Below the pieces are notes generated by a model. That model ran no database searches and was not told where the DNA came from. It was given only the letters and a program-made list of their open reading frames with translations. The position numbers and the translations under genes are program-made. From the NCBI GenBank assembly GCA_963816955.1, contig CAWFME010000007.1, positions 16,883-80,882 on the forward strand: DNA of 64,000 nt, in the 5' to 3' direction. The stretch comes from an uncultured Solirubrobacteraceae bacterium. GTDB taxonomy: Bacteria > Actinomycetota > Thermoleophilia > Solirubrobacterales > Solirubrobacteraceae. Shown piece by piece: positions 35,151 to 47,323 of this stretch. The number at the start of each line of letters is the position of its first letter. Position 1 is the first letter of the stretch.

Positions 35151-36062
35151 GTGCACACCGAACAGAACACGAGGGGCGCGGGGGTCGTGCCCCGCGACGT
35201 CATCGACGTCGCCATGGAGGCGGCGCTCAGCGCGGGCGCCGAGCTGACCGAGCGCTACGGCCGCCCGCCGCGCGGGCTCGGCGCCAAGCAGGGGCCGGCC
35301 GACCTCGTCTCGGACGCCGACCGCGCCGCGGAGGCCGCGATCGCCGCGGTCCTCGCCCGCCGCCGGCCCGACGACGGGCTGCTGGGCGAGGAGGGCACCG
35401 CGAACCGCGAGGGGACGACCGGCCTGCGCTGGGTCGTCGACCCGCTCGATGGCACCGTCAACTACCTGAGCGGCATCCCGCTGTGGTGCGTGAGCATCGC
35501 GTGCGAGGACGCCGCGGGCACGCTCGCCGGCGTCGTCCACGACCCGCTCCGCGGGCACACGTTCGCGTCCGTCCGCGGAGGCCCGGTGCGAATCGACGCC
35601 CCGCGCGTCCGCGTGCACGTCGAGGACGACCTCGCAGCGGCGGTCATCGCGGGCGGGATCGCCTGCGCCGCCGAGGAGGAGGCCAAGCGCGCCGCCAAGC
35701 TCGAGAAGAGGCTGTTCAGCCGCGTCGGGTCCCGTCGGGCGCTCGGCACGGCCGCGCTCGAGCTCGCCTGGGCCGCCGCCGGGCGGATCGACGTCGTCTA
35801 CCACGAGCAGCGCATCCACCCGTGGGACGTCGACGCCGGCCTGTTCATCTGCCAGCGCGCCGGGCTGCGCGTGCACCGGCTCGGGCCGCTCGAGCCCGAG
35901 CTGGCGCCCCGCTACCTGGCCGCGCCGCCCGGCCTGGCGGCCGAGGTGCTCGAGCTCGTCGGCCCGTCCGCGAAGGAGCGCCGCCGCCGCGCCGCCGAGC
36001 GCCCGCCACTGAGCGCGACGCGAGTGGCCGAGGTGATGCGCCGCCGCCGCGAGGAGGGCTAG
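35151..36062 (+). CDS. inositol monophosphatase family protein
   Basis: LLGEEG, WVVDPLDGTVNY and HPWDVDAG IMPase motifs. The start is GTG 35151 or GTG 35187. The upstream part of ORF 34404..36062 is non-coding or an alternate frame. Confidence 0.88.
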   Translation: MHTEQNTRGAGVVPRDVIDVAMEAALSAGAELTERYGRPPRGLGAKQGPADLVSDADRAAEAAIAAVLARRRPDDGLLGEEGTANREGTTGLRWVVDPLDGTVNYLSGIPLWCVSIACEDAAGTLAGVVHDPLRGHTFASVRGGPVRIDAPRVRVHVEDDLAAAVIAGGIACAAEEEAKRAAKLEKRLFSRVGSRRALGTAALELAWAAAGRIDVVYHEQRIHPWDVDAGLFICQRAGLRVHRLGPLEPELAPRYLAAPPGLAAEVLELVGPSAKERRRRAAERPPLSATRVAEVMRRRREEG

Positions 36063-36073
36063 GCACTCGGCGA

Positions 36074-37111
36074 TTACGCCGGCGTTGCTGCGAGCGCGGA
36101 GCGGACCGCCGAGACGGCGGCGTCGACGTCGTCGGCGGTCACGTCGAGATGCGTGACCGCCCGCACCGTGCGCGGCCCGAGCGCGCCCATCTTCACGCCC
36201 GCATCGGCGAGCTCGGCCACCAGCGCCGGTGCGTCGGCCACCGAGAAGACGACGATGTTCGTCGTCACCTCGGCCGCGTCGATGACCACGCCCGGAACGT
36301 CCGCCAGCCCGCGTGCGAGCGTGGCCGCCAGGGCGTGGTCGTCGGCCAGCCGCTCCACGTGATGGTCGAGCGCGTACAGCGCGCCCGCGGCCACGATCCC
36401 CGCCTGGCGCATCGCGCCGCCCCACATCTGCTTGTAGCGCCACGCCTCGTCGATCAGCTCGCGCGAGCCCGCCAGGCACGCGCCGACCGGCGCGCCCAGG
36501 CCCTTCGAGAAGTCGACCCAGGCCGTGTCGAAGCCGGCGGCCCACGAGGCGGCGTCCAGGCCGGACGCCACGACCGCGTTCATCAGCCGCGCGCCGTCCA
36601 TGTGCAGCCGCAGGCCGGCGTCGCGCGCGACCTCGACCACCTCGGAGAGCTGCTCGCGCGGCCACACGTGCCCGCCCGCCAGGTTCGTCGTCTGCTCAAC
36701 GGACACCAGCCGCGAGCGCGGCAGGTAGCGGTCGCCGGCGGGGCGCAGCGCGTCCCGCAGGGCGCCGGCCGTGAACATCCCGCGCTCGCCGTCCAGCGGG
36801 CACAGGACGGCGCCGGACAGCGCGGCGGGCCCGCCCGCCTCGGCGATCACGGGGTGCGAGCGGCGGTGCAGGTAGACCTCGTCGCCGCCCGTCCCGATGT
36901 GCAGCCGGAACGCGATCGCGTTGCACATCGTCCCGCTCGGCAGGAACACGGCCGCCTCGAACCCGAGCAGCGACGCCACCCGCGAGCAGAGCTCGTTGAC
37001 CGTCGGGTCGGCGAAGGACTGCTCGTCGCCGACCTCGGCGGTGGCCATCGCCTCGCGCATCGCGGGCGTCGGCCGCGTCTGGGTGTCCGAGTAGAGGTTG
37101 ACCGCGGTCAC
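36074..37111 (-). CDS. low-specificity threonine aldolase / beta-eliminating lyase family (PLP-dependent)
   Basis: From GTG 37109-37111 (GTGA overlap with the upstream gene): VNLYSDTQTRPTPAMREAMATAEVGDEQSFADPTVNEL, and the DFSKGLGAP PLP-lysine region. Confidence 0.85.
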   Translation of the reverse strand: MTAVNLYSDTQTRPTPAMREAMATAEVGDEQSFADPTVNELCSRVASLLGFEAAVFLPSGTMCNAIAFRLHIGTGGDEVYLHRRSHPVIAEAGGPAALSGAVLCPLDGERGMFTAGALRDALRPAGDRYLPRSRLVSVEQTTNLAGGHVWPREQLSEVVEVARDAGLRLHMDGARLMNAVVASGLDAASWAAGFDTAWVDFSKGLGAPVGACLAGSRELIDEAWRYKQMWGGAMRQAGIVAAGALYALDHHVERLADDHALAATLARGLADVPGVVIDAAEVTTNIVVFSVADAPALVAELADAGVKMGALGPRTVRAVTHLDVTADDVDAAVSAVRSALAATPA

Positions 37112-38061
37112 GCGACCACCGAGGGGGCGAGCTCGCGGCCGATCAGCTCGACCGTCTCGAGGTCCGTGTGCAGCAGGTGCTGGAGCATGACGCGCGACAA
37201 CCCGGCCGCGCGCAGCGCCACCAGCCGATCGACCACCTCCTCGACCGTGCCGACGATCCACTGGGGCGGCGGCGAGACGAGCCAGGCGTCGACGTCGCGC
37301 GACGGATCGCCCATCGCGTGGGCCAGCGCCGCGGCCTTCTCGCGCAGCTGCTCGCGGTCGAGCCCGACCAGGAAGCCCGTCATCAGCGAGAACGGGATCG
37401 GCTCGCGGCCCGCCTCGAGGCACGCGGCGTCGACGGCCGCCTTGCGCGCGCGCACCTCCTCCACGGAGGCGAACGGCGTGTTGTACTCGTCGGCCCAGCG
37501 CGCGGCCAGCGCGGCGCTGCGCGGCCCGGCGTTCCCGCCCATCAGCAGCGGCGGGTGCGGCTGCTGCAGCGGCCGCGGCTGCGCGTCGAGGCCGGCCAGC
37601 TCGTAGTGCTCGCCGGAGAAGGAGAACGACGGCGCAGTCCACGTCCCATGGATGATCTCGAGCTGCTCGGCGAGCACGTCCATCCGCTCCCGCACGGGAG
37701 GGAACGCAAAGCCGAAGGCGCGGTGCTCGGCCTCGTGCCAGCCCGCGCCGAGCCCGAGCTCCACGCGCCCGCCGGACACGTGGTCGGCGGTGGCGACGAC
37801 CTTCGCCAGCTCGGAGGGATGGCGGAACGTCGCCGGCGACACCAGCGTGCCGAGCCGCAGCGTCGTGGTGACGGCGGCGAGCGCGTTGATGGTGGCCCAG
37901 GCGTCGAGCGAGCCCCGCTCGGGGTGCTGCCCGTCCAGGTTGAGGTAGTGGTCGGAGCGGAACAGCGCCGGGACGCCGTGCGCCTCGCAGGCCTTGGCGA
38001 GCGCGAGCCAGTCCTCCCAGCTCACGCCCTCCTGGCCCTCGATCATCAGGCAGAGATCCAC
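37108..38061 (-). CDS. LLM-class (luciferase-like) F420-dependent oxidoreductase
   Basis: 317 aa. SDHY, RVELGLGAGW and the overall TIM-barrel LLM pattern. Confidence 0.85.
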   Translation of the reverse strand: MDLCLMIEGQEGVSWEDWLALAKACEAHGVPALFRSDHYLNLDGQHPERGSLDAWATINALAAVTTTLRLGTLVSPATFRHPSELAKVVATADHVSGGRVELGLGAGWHEAEHRAFGFAFPPVRERMDVLAEQLEIIHGTWTAPSFSFSGEHYELAGLDAQPRPLQQPHPPLLMGGNAGPRSAALAARWADEYNTPFASVEEVRARKAAVDAACLEAGREPIPFSLMTGFLVGLDREQLREKAAALAHAMGDPSRDVDAWLVSPPPQWIVGTVEEVVDRLVALRAAGLSRVMLQHLLHTDLETVELIGRELAPSVVA

Positions 38062-38120
38062 CCGAGGAGGGTAGGCGCGCCGGCCGGGACGTGCCCGGCC
38101 GGCGCCGTACCCCGTTGGGC

Positions 38121-39062
38121 CTAGCGGTGCCTGCGGGACTTGCTCTTGAACACGTTGAACGCCGGACGCGGGCTGCTGTCCGGGTTCACGAGGCCCGCGT
38201 CGAAGCGGGCGCTCGGGTCGGCGCCGAAGAACGAGTACACGAACAGGCGCGTGATCTTCGAGCGCATGCCGCGACGCCGCGTGTCGTAGCGGTTCACGAG
38301 CCGGAACATGCCCCTCGTACGCGACGCGGCGCGCGAGGTCGAGCGCTTGAAGCTCGGCAGGAGCTTCACGATGCCGCCCGTCTCGGTCAGCCAGACCTCA
38401 CCCGGGACGGACCGCAGCATCTGCTTCGTGTAGCGGGTGCGCTTGCGGTTGACGTCGCCGTAGTTGTGCAGGCCCCACAGCTTCGGCTTGCCCTTGGCGT
38501 AGCGCTTGAACTTCGCGAGGTAGCGGGACATGTTGCCCGTGTCGAGCATGTCGGCCGCCATCGCGCGGAACCTCTTGCGGCCCGTGTACCTGCGCAGCAC
38601 GTTGTAGTAGCCGGCCGCCTTCTTCGGGCTCTTGAACGTCGGCTGGGACTTGTGGTTGATCTCGTTCCAGGCCGAGTAGGTCCGCACCCACGGGAACGCC
38701 TTGTCGAAGGCGAGGAAGGCCTTGCGGTAGGCCTTCGCGCTCGGGGCGCGGCACGCCCTCTTCTTCGAGTACCGGCCACTGGGCAGGTAGCAGCCGCGCC
38801 GGGCCGTGAACGTGACGAGCACGTCCTGCCTGGCCCCGCGGGCGCGGTTCATGTAGGCGAAGACCTCGGCCCGCTGGGCGGCGTGCTTGTTGTAGTCCCA
38901 CGGCACGAGATAGCGGACGCGCTTGAGCTTCAGGGACTGCCATGAAGCGGTGTCGAACATCTGCGGGTTCTGCTCGCCCAGGCCGACCCGGTACTTCGCG
39001 CTCGCAGGAGCGGCGACGAACAGGGACAGCAGGGCAGCGATAACGGTCAGACGGATTGTCAT
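38121..39062 (-). CDS. secreted clan GH-A-like glycoside hydrolase, very basic
   Basis: Signal peptide MTIRLTVIAALLSLFVAAPASA. YSAWNEINH is an acid/base N-E motif and EVWLTETGG a nucleophile T-E-x-G motif. Unusually Lys/Arg/Tyr/Phe-rich and visibly less GC-rich than its neighbours. Confidence 0.6.
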   Translation of the reverse strand: MTIRLTVIAALLSLFVAAPASAKYRVGLGEQNPQMFDTASWQSLKLKRVRYLVPWDYNKHAAQRAEVFAYMNRARGARQDVLVTFTARRGCYLPSGRYSKKRACRAPSAKAYRKAFLAFDKAFPWVRTYSAWNEINHKSQPTFKSPKKAAGYYNVLRRYTGRKRFRAMAADMLDTGNMSRYLAKFKRYAKGKPKLWGLHNYGDVNRKRTRYTKQMLRSVPGEVWLTETGGIVKLLPSFKRSTSRAASRTRGMFRLVNRYDTRRRGMRSKITRLFVYSFFGADPSARFDAGLVNPDSSPRPAFNVFKSKSRRHR

Positions 39063-39135
39063 GCCACCCGGAACAGGAGCGAGGCCCCGTAGTTGCGTAA
39101 AGGGAGGCTTAAGACTGGGCGCCGCCTAGCATCAG

Positions 39136-41046
39136 ATGCAGAGTTCGATGGCAGTGGACGCCGCATCCGAAGCAGATCGCCGCGCCGCGCGGCTCACGGA
39201 GCAGCGTCGCGCCCTTCCCGATCAGCCGGGGGTCTACCTGTTCCGCGACGAGCGCGGGCGCGTGATCTACGTGGGCAAGGCGAAGTCGATCCGCAAGCGG
39301 GTCGCGAGCCACTTCTCCAACCCTGCGCAGTACGGGACGACGGCGCTCACCGACGAGATCGACCACATCGAGTCGCTCGCCGTCGCCACGGAGTCCGAGG
39401 CGCTGCTCACCGAGCAGACGTTCATCAAGCAGTACAAGCCGCGCTTCAACATCCGGCTGCGCGACGACAAGTCCTATCCCTACATCGCGATCAGCCTGGA
39501 CGAGGACTTCCCGCGGGTGTACTTCACGCGCGAGCGCCACCGCCGCAACCGCGCCTACTTCGGGCCCTACTCGAGCGCCAAGCGCGTGCGCGGCACGCTG
39601 GACCTGCTGGGCAAGGTCTTCCTGTTCCGCTCCTGCGAGGGCCCCGAGCCCGGCCGCCACTCCGGCTCGCCGTGCCTGGACTACTACATCAAGCGCTGCG
39701 GGGCGCCCTGCGTCGGCTACGTCTCCAAGGAGGAGTACCGCGAGGGCATCAACGGCGTGATGGCGTTCCTGTCGGGGCGCTTCAAGGAGATCGAGCGCGA
39801 CCTCGAGCGCAGGATGTACTTCCACGCCGGCGAGCAGGACTACGAGCAGGCGACGATCGAGCGCAACCGGCTGCAGTCGGTGCGCGCGCTGCTGGAGCGC
39901 CAGCGCGTCGCCAACGAGGGCGCCGGCACCTACGACGCGGTCGCCGTCGACGTGGACGGCACGGAGGCCAACGCGCAGGTCTTCCAGGTCCGCGACGGCG
40001 TCCTCAGCGACCGCCAGTCGTTCTACCTCGACAACCAGGCCGAGCAGGGCACGGCGATGGTCGGCGAGGAGTTCATCCTGCAGTACTACGCCAGCGCGCT
40101 GTCGATCCCGGCGCTGATCGTGGTCCAGGGCGCGCTGGCGGACGGCTCCGAGCTGCCGATCCTCGCCGAGATCCTGTCCGAGCGCCGCGGCGGCCCGGTG
40201 GAGATCCGCGCCTCCGAGCGCGGCGGCAAGCGCCGCATCCTCGAGCTCGCCGAGCGCAACGCCCGGCTCGCGCTCGATCAGGAGAAGCTCAAGGTCGAGC
40301 GCCGCCGCCAGCAGCGCGTCGACGCCCTCGACGGGCTCCAGAGGGCGCTCCGGCTCGACTCGCTGCCGCTGCGGATCGAGTGCTTCGACATCTCGCACCT
40401 CGGCGGCACCCACACGACCTCCTCGATGGTCGTCTTCGAGGGCGGCGCTGCGAAGAAGTCGGATTATCGAAGGTTCAACATCCGCGAGGTCGAGCCCGGC
40501 GACGATTACGGCGCCATGGCAGAGGTCCTGGGTCGCCGCTACGCGCAGTGGGAGAAGCAGAACGAGCGGTCCCCGTACGACGCCGACCGCGACGCGTCGT
40601 TCGCGGCGCTGCCCAACGTCGTCGTGATCGACGGCGGGAAGGGCCAGCTCGCCGCCGGCCTGGAGCCGCTGCAGGGCTTCCGCGACCGCGGCGTGACGGT
40701 CGTCTCGCTGGCCAAGCGCATCGAGGAGGTCTTCCTGCCGGGCGTGACCGACCCGATCGTGCTCCCGCACGACACGCCGGAGCTGCAGCTGCTCCAGCGC
40801 GTCCGCGACGAGGCGCACCGCTTCGCGATCACCCACCACCGGATCCGCCGCGACAAGGCGATGACGGAGTCGATCATGGACGACCTGCCCGGCATCGGCC
40901 CGGCGCGCAAGCGCGCGCTGCTCAAGCACTTCGGCTCGCCCGAGGCGGTGCTGGCCGCGTCTCGCGAGGAGCTCGAGCGCGTGCCGGGCTTCCCGCAGAA
41001 GGTCGCGCGGGGGCTCTATGCCCACCTGAACAAGACGGGCCGATAG
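39136..41046 (+). CDS. uvrC: excinuclease ABC subunit C
   Basis: GIY-YIG N-terminus (PGVYLFRDERGRVIYVGKAKSIRKRV), a UVR domain, an endonuclease V-like domain and a C-terminal (HhH)2 (LPGIGPARKRALLKHFGS). Confidence 0.95.
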   Translation: MQSSMAVDAASEADRRAARLTEQRRALPDQPGVYLFRDERGRVIYVGKAKSIRKRVASHFSNPAQYGTTALTDEIDHIESLAVATESEALLTEQTFIKQYKPRFNIRLRDDKSYPYIAISLDEDFPRVYFTRERHRRNRAYFGPYSSAKRVRGTLDLLGKVFLFRSCEGPEPGRHSGSPCLDYYIKRCGAPCVGYVSKEEYREGINGVMAFLSGRFKEIERDLERRMYFHAGEQDYEQATIERNRLQSVRALLERQRVANEGAGTYDAVAVDVDGTEANAQVFQVRDGVLSDRQSFYLDNQAEQGTAMVGEEFILQYYASALSIPALIVVQGALADGSELPILAEILSERRGGPVEIRASERGGKRRILELAERNARLALDQEKLKVERRRQQRVDALDGLQRALRLDSLPLRIECFDISHLGGTHTTSSMVVFEGGAAKKSDYRRFNIREVEPGDDYGAMAEVLGRRYAQWEKQNERSPYDADRDASFAALPNVVVIDGGKGQLAAGLEPLQGFRDRGVTVVSLAKRIEEVFLPGVTDPIVLPHDTPELQLLQRVRDEAHRFAITHHRIRRDKAMTESIMDDLPGIGPARKRALLKHFGSPEAVLAASREELERVPGFPQKVARGLYAHLNKTGR

Positions 41047-41129
41047 GTGTCCGAGACGTGCGTGATGATGGTTTCGCCTGCCAGGCGAGCGAGCTCCTTC
41101 GTCGCCGCTCGCCTTCGGCGACGTTACTC

Positions 41130-42026
41130 ATGAACGGCTCGCGGCAGTCCCATCTCGAGGACCTGGTGGTCATCTCCGGACTCTCCGGCGCGGGGAAGTC
41201 GTCGGCGATGAACGTCTTCGAGGACGCGGGGTACTTCTGCGTCGACAACCTGCCGGCGGAGATGATCCGCTCGCTGGCGGAGCTGTTCCGCCACCCGGGC
41301 TCGAAGGTCGAGCACGCCGCCGTCGTGTGCGACTCCCGCGGCGGCGTGTACCTGTCGGCGCTCGCGGGCGTGATCGACGAGCTCGCGGAGACCGACGTGC
41401 CGTTCCGCGTCGTCTACCTCGAGGCGGACGAGCAGACGCTGATCGACCGCTACAAGGAGACCCGCCGCCGCCATCCGCTCGCGCCGCAGGGCAACGTGGC
41501 CGACGGCATCCACTCCGAGATGGCGCTGCTGGCGCCGGTCAAGGAGCGGGCGGACATCTGCATCGACACCTCGGGGCTGAGCCCGGCCGGGCTGCGGCGC
41601 AAGGTCGCCGAGGAGCTGCTCGAGCCCACGCACACGGGCAAGCTGGCGGTCACGTTCACCTCGTTCGGGCACAAGCACGGCCCGCCGCGCGACGCCGACC
41701 TCGCCTTCGACGTTCGCTTCCTGCCCAACCCGCACTACGAGGCGGACCTGCGGCCGCTGACCGGCTTCGACGAGCGCGTCGTCGCCTACGTCGGGCGCGA
41801 CGGCCGCCTGGAGGAGTTCTACGAGCGGATCCTGCCGCTGCTCGAGTACCTGCTGCCCCAGTACGTCGCCGAGGGCAAGGCGCACCTCGTCGTCGCGATC
41901 GGCTGCACGGGCGGGCGGCACCGCTCCGTGGCGATCGCCGAGCATCTCGCCGCGCGCTTCCGCGGCGTGCCGGACTACTTCGTGGAAGTTCAGCACCGCG
42001 ACGTGGACCGCCTGCCGGTCCGCTAG
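41130..42026 (+). CDS. rapZ: RNase adapter protein RapZ (YvcJ family P-loop NTPase)
   Basis: From ATG 41130: VVISGLSGAGKSSAMNVFEDAGYFCVDNLP, FDVRFLPNPH and CTGGRHRSV motifs. Confidence 0.92.
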   Translation: MNGSRQSHLEDLVVISGLSGAGKSSAMNVFEDAGYFCVDNLPAEMIRSLAELFRHPGSKVEHAAVVCDSRGGVYLSALAGVIDELAETDVPFRVVYLEADEQTLIDRYKETRRRHPLAPQGNVADGIHSEMALLAPVKERADICIDTSGLSPAGLRRKVAEELLEPTHTGKLAVTFTSFGHKHGPPRDADLAFDVRFLPNPHYEADLRPLTGFDERVVAYVGRDGRLEEFYERILPLLEYLLPQYVAEGKAHLVVAIGCTGGRHRSVAIAEHLAARFRGVPDYFVEVQHRDVDRLPVR

Positions 42027-44219
<2,193 letters not shown>

Positions 44220-44223
<4 letters not shown>

Positions 44224-44996
44224 GCACCCGTACCCCGTTCATCGCGGGGAACTGGAAGATGAACAAGACCATCGCCGAGGCGGAGGCGTTCATCGCCGCG
44301 CTGCTGCCGCAGGTCTACGACACCGAGGGCGTGGAGGTGGCGATCTGCCCGCCCTACCTCTCGCTGCAGGCGATGGTCGACTCCGCGCGCGGCTCGCGCG
44401 TCGGCGTCTACGCGCAGAACATGCACTTCAAGGACTCCGGCGCCTACACCGGCGAGGTGTCCGCCGCAATGCTGACCGAGATCGACGTGGACGGTGCCGT
44501 GCTCGGCCACTCGGAGCGGCGCGAGCACTTCGGCGAGACCGACAAGGCGCTGCAGGCGAAGGTGCCGGCCGCGCTGGAGGCCGGCCTGATCCCGATCCTG
44601 TGCGTGGGGGAGACGGAGGAGGAGCGCGAGCGCGGCGACACGGAGCGCAAGCTGCGCCACCAGGTGCAGGAGGCGCTCGACAAGGTGCCGATCGAGCGCC
44701 TGCCGGAGGTCGTGATCGCCTACGAGCCCGTGTGGGCGATCGGCACGGGGCTGACCGCGACGACCGAGCAGGCCCAGGACGCATGCGGCTTCGTGCGCGC
44801 GCTCGTCGAGGGCTTCGACAAGGCGGCCGGCCAGGCCGTGCGGATCCTCTACGGCGGCTCGCTGAAGCCCGAGGGGGCCGAGGAGCTGCTCTCGCTGCCC
44901 GACATCGACGGCGGGCTGATCGGCGGCGCGAGCCTCGATCCGGGCGACTTCGCCTCGATCGTGCAGACCGCGGCGAAGCTCGTCGCCACGGCATGA
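44220..44996 (+). CDS. tpiA: triose-phosphate isomerase
   Basis: GTG 44220 overlaps the pgk TGA. IAGNWKMN, GHSERR, AYEPVWAIGTG and YGGS motifs. Confidence 0.96.
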
Positions 44997-45147
44997 GCAG
45001 CACGACCGATCCGCCATTCCCGCGCCCCTGGACGGCGCGTCTGACGCTGCGGCGGATCGGCACCCGAGGGATCGCCAGTAACACCACTACTGGCTTCACC
45101 CTCGGGCACCGCCCGCCTTGGTCATACGCACCCCCAGGAGCACGGTG

Positions 45148-46657
45148 ATGGCGGATCGGCCGTGTCCCTGCGTCTGCCTCGTCGTCCTCGACGGCTGGGG
45201 GCTGGCGGCGGAGGGGCCCGGGAACGCGGTCGCGCTGGCGGACACGCCGGTGATGGACCGCCTCTGGGCCGAGCACCCGCACACCCAACTCACCGCCTGC
45301 GGAGAAAGCTGTCGGCCTGCCGGCGGGGCAGATGGGCAACTCGGAGGTCGGCCACCTCAACCTCGGCGCCGGCGCGATCGTCCCGCAGGACCTCGCGCGC
45401 ATCGACAAGGCGGTCGAGGACGGCACGCTGGGCGACAGCGAGACGCTGACGGAGCTGATGGACGGCGCGGAGCGCCTGCACCTGATCGGGCTGGTCTCCG
45501 ACGGCGGCGTGCACTCCTCCGACCGCCACCTGAAGGCGCTGATCGAGCTGGCCGCCTCCAAGGGCGTGCCCGACGTGATCGTGCACGCGTTCACGGACGG
45601 GCGCGACACCTCGCCGAAGGGCGGCGCGAAGTTCCTGGCCGAGGTCGAGAAGCTCGACGGCGCGCGCGTCGGCTCCGTGATCGGGCGCTACTTCGCGATG
45701 GACCGCGACGGCCGCTGGGACCGGATCCAGAAGGCCTACGACCTGCTCGTGCACGGCAAGGGCGAGCACAGCGCCGACAGCGCCGAGCAGGCGGCGAAGG
45801 ACGCCTACGAGCGCGACGAGACCGACGAGTTCATCACCGCGACCGTGGTCGGCGAGGACACGCAGATCCGCGCGGGCGACGCCGTGCTCGGCTTCAACTT
45901 CCGGCCCGACCGCATGCGCGAGATCACGCGCGCGCTGGCCGAGGACGGCTTCGACGAGATCGACCGCGGAGGCGGCGCCGTCGTCGAGCGCTACGCGACG
46001 CTGGCGGAGTACGACGAGGACTGGGACTACCCCGTCGTGTTCCCGCCCGAGCGCCCGGCGGTCACGCTCGCGCAGGTGATCGCCGACCGCGGCCTCAAGC
46101 AGCTGCACGTTGCGGAGACGGAGAAGTACCCGCACGTGACGTACTTCTTCAACGGCGGCGAGGAGGACGAGCACGAGGGCGAGACGTTCAAGCTCGTGCC
46201 CTCCCCGCGCGATGTGCCGACCTACGACCACAAGCCGGAGATGAGCGCCTACGAGGCGACGGACGCCTTCGTGGAGCGCTTCGAGGCCGATGAGCCCGCG
46301 TTCGCGATCATCAACTTCGCCAACGCCGACATGGTCGGCCACACGGGCGTGATCGAGGCCGCCGTGAAGGCGGTCGAGGCCGCCGACGAGTGCCTCGGGC
46401 GGGTGATCGAGACCGTCCACGCCGCCGGCGGCGCCTGCATCGTCACCGCCGACCACGGCAACGCGGACGAGATGCTCGAGGAGGACGGGTCGCCTGACAC
46501 CGCGCACTCGCTGAACCCGGTGCCTTTCGTCGTCACGGCCGGCGCGGACGCGCTCGACGGGGAGGGGATCCTCGCCGACGTCGCCCCGACGGCGCTCGCG
46601 CTGCTGGGGATCGAGCAGCCGCCGGAGATGACCGGCCGCTCACTTCTCCTCACCTGA
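45148..46657 (+). CDS. gpmI: 2,3-bisphosphoglycerate-independent phosphoglycerate mutase, apparent +1 frameshift at the A-run 45305-45307
   Basis: AGGAG RBS 7 nt upstream of ATG 45148. The N-terminal 53 codons (VVLDGWG...LTACGE) are in one frame. AVGLPAGQMGNSEVGHLNLGAG and the rest (ORF 45332..46657) are in the +1 frame. Removing one A from GGAGAAAGCT restores the conserved CGEAVGLP junction. Confidence 0.9.
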
Positions 46658-46721
46658 AGGGCCTGTCCCCATATTTGCGGATGCAAGTACCTTTGGGTGG
46701 CGGGTAGTCTTTGGGGTTCCG

Positions 46722-47246
46722 ATGAGCACCAGCACCACACCCGACACGCCCCTCGCCACCTCCGCGGAGATCCCGCTGCGCGAGCTGGCGCCCGCCGAGC
46801 TCGGCGCGTGGCGCGGCATGCTGCGCGTGCACAGCGCGCTCGTGAAGGCGCTCGATGCGGAGCTGATCGCCGTGCACGGGCTGCCCCTGACCTCCTACGA
46901 GGTCCTGATCAACCTGCAGGCGGCGGCCGGCCGCCGGCGGCGCATGGCCGAGCTGGCCGACGGCGTGCTGCTCAGCCGCTCCGGCACGACCCGCCTGGTC
47001 GACCGCCTCGAGCGCGACGGCCTGCTCGAGCGCGATACGTGCGACTCCGACGGCCGCGGCTGCTTCGCGGTGCTGACCGATCGCGGCGAGGAGCTCCTCA
47101 CGAAGGCGCGGGCGACCCACCTGGAAGGCGTGCGCGAGCGGTTCCTGCGCCACTTCGAGCCCGCCGAGCACGAGCAGATGGCCGCCTGGTGGAACCGGGT
47201 GCTGCCCGGCGCCGCGGACGTCACAGATCTCAGTCGCTCAGACTGA
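46722..47246 (+). CDS. MarR family transcriptional regulator
   Basis: Winged-HTH LPLTSYEVLINLQAAAGRRRRMAELADGVLLSRSGTTRLVDRLERDGL. Confidence 0.88.
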   Translation: MSTSTTPDTPLATSAEIPLRELAPAELGAWRGMLRVHSALVKALDAELIAVHGLPLTSYEVLINLQAAAGRRRRMAELADGVLLSRSGTTRLVDRLERDGLLERDTCDSDGRGCFAVLTDRGEELLTKARATHLEGVRERFLRHFEPAEHEQMAAWWNRVLPGAADVTDLSRSD

Positions 47247-47280
47247 GATACTTGACATCCGCGCACTGAGATCTCATACT
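47227..47280 (+). promoter_or_regulatory. hsp20 promoter (TTGACA-17-CATACT) flanked and overlapped by ACTGAGAT operator repeats
   Basis: ATCTCAGT (47227-34) N7 ACTGAGAT (47242-49) is a perfect inverted repeat. The -35 TTGACA is at 47252-57, followed by a 17-nt spacer containing a third ACTGAGAT (47265-72) inside the 10-bp palindrome TGAGATCTCA (47267-76). The -10 CATACT is at 47275-80. Confidence 0.6.
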
Positions 47281-47323
47281 GCGCGGCAGTTCGTGATCCA
47301 CTCTTCCTGACGGAGGTTTCGCC

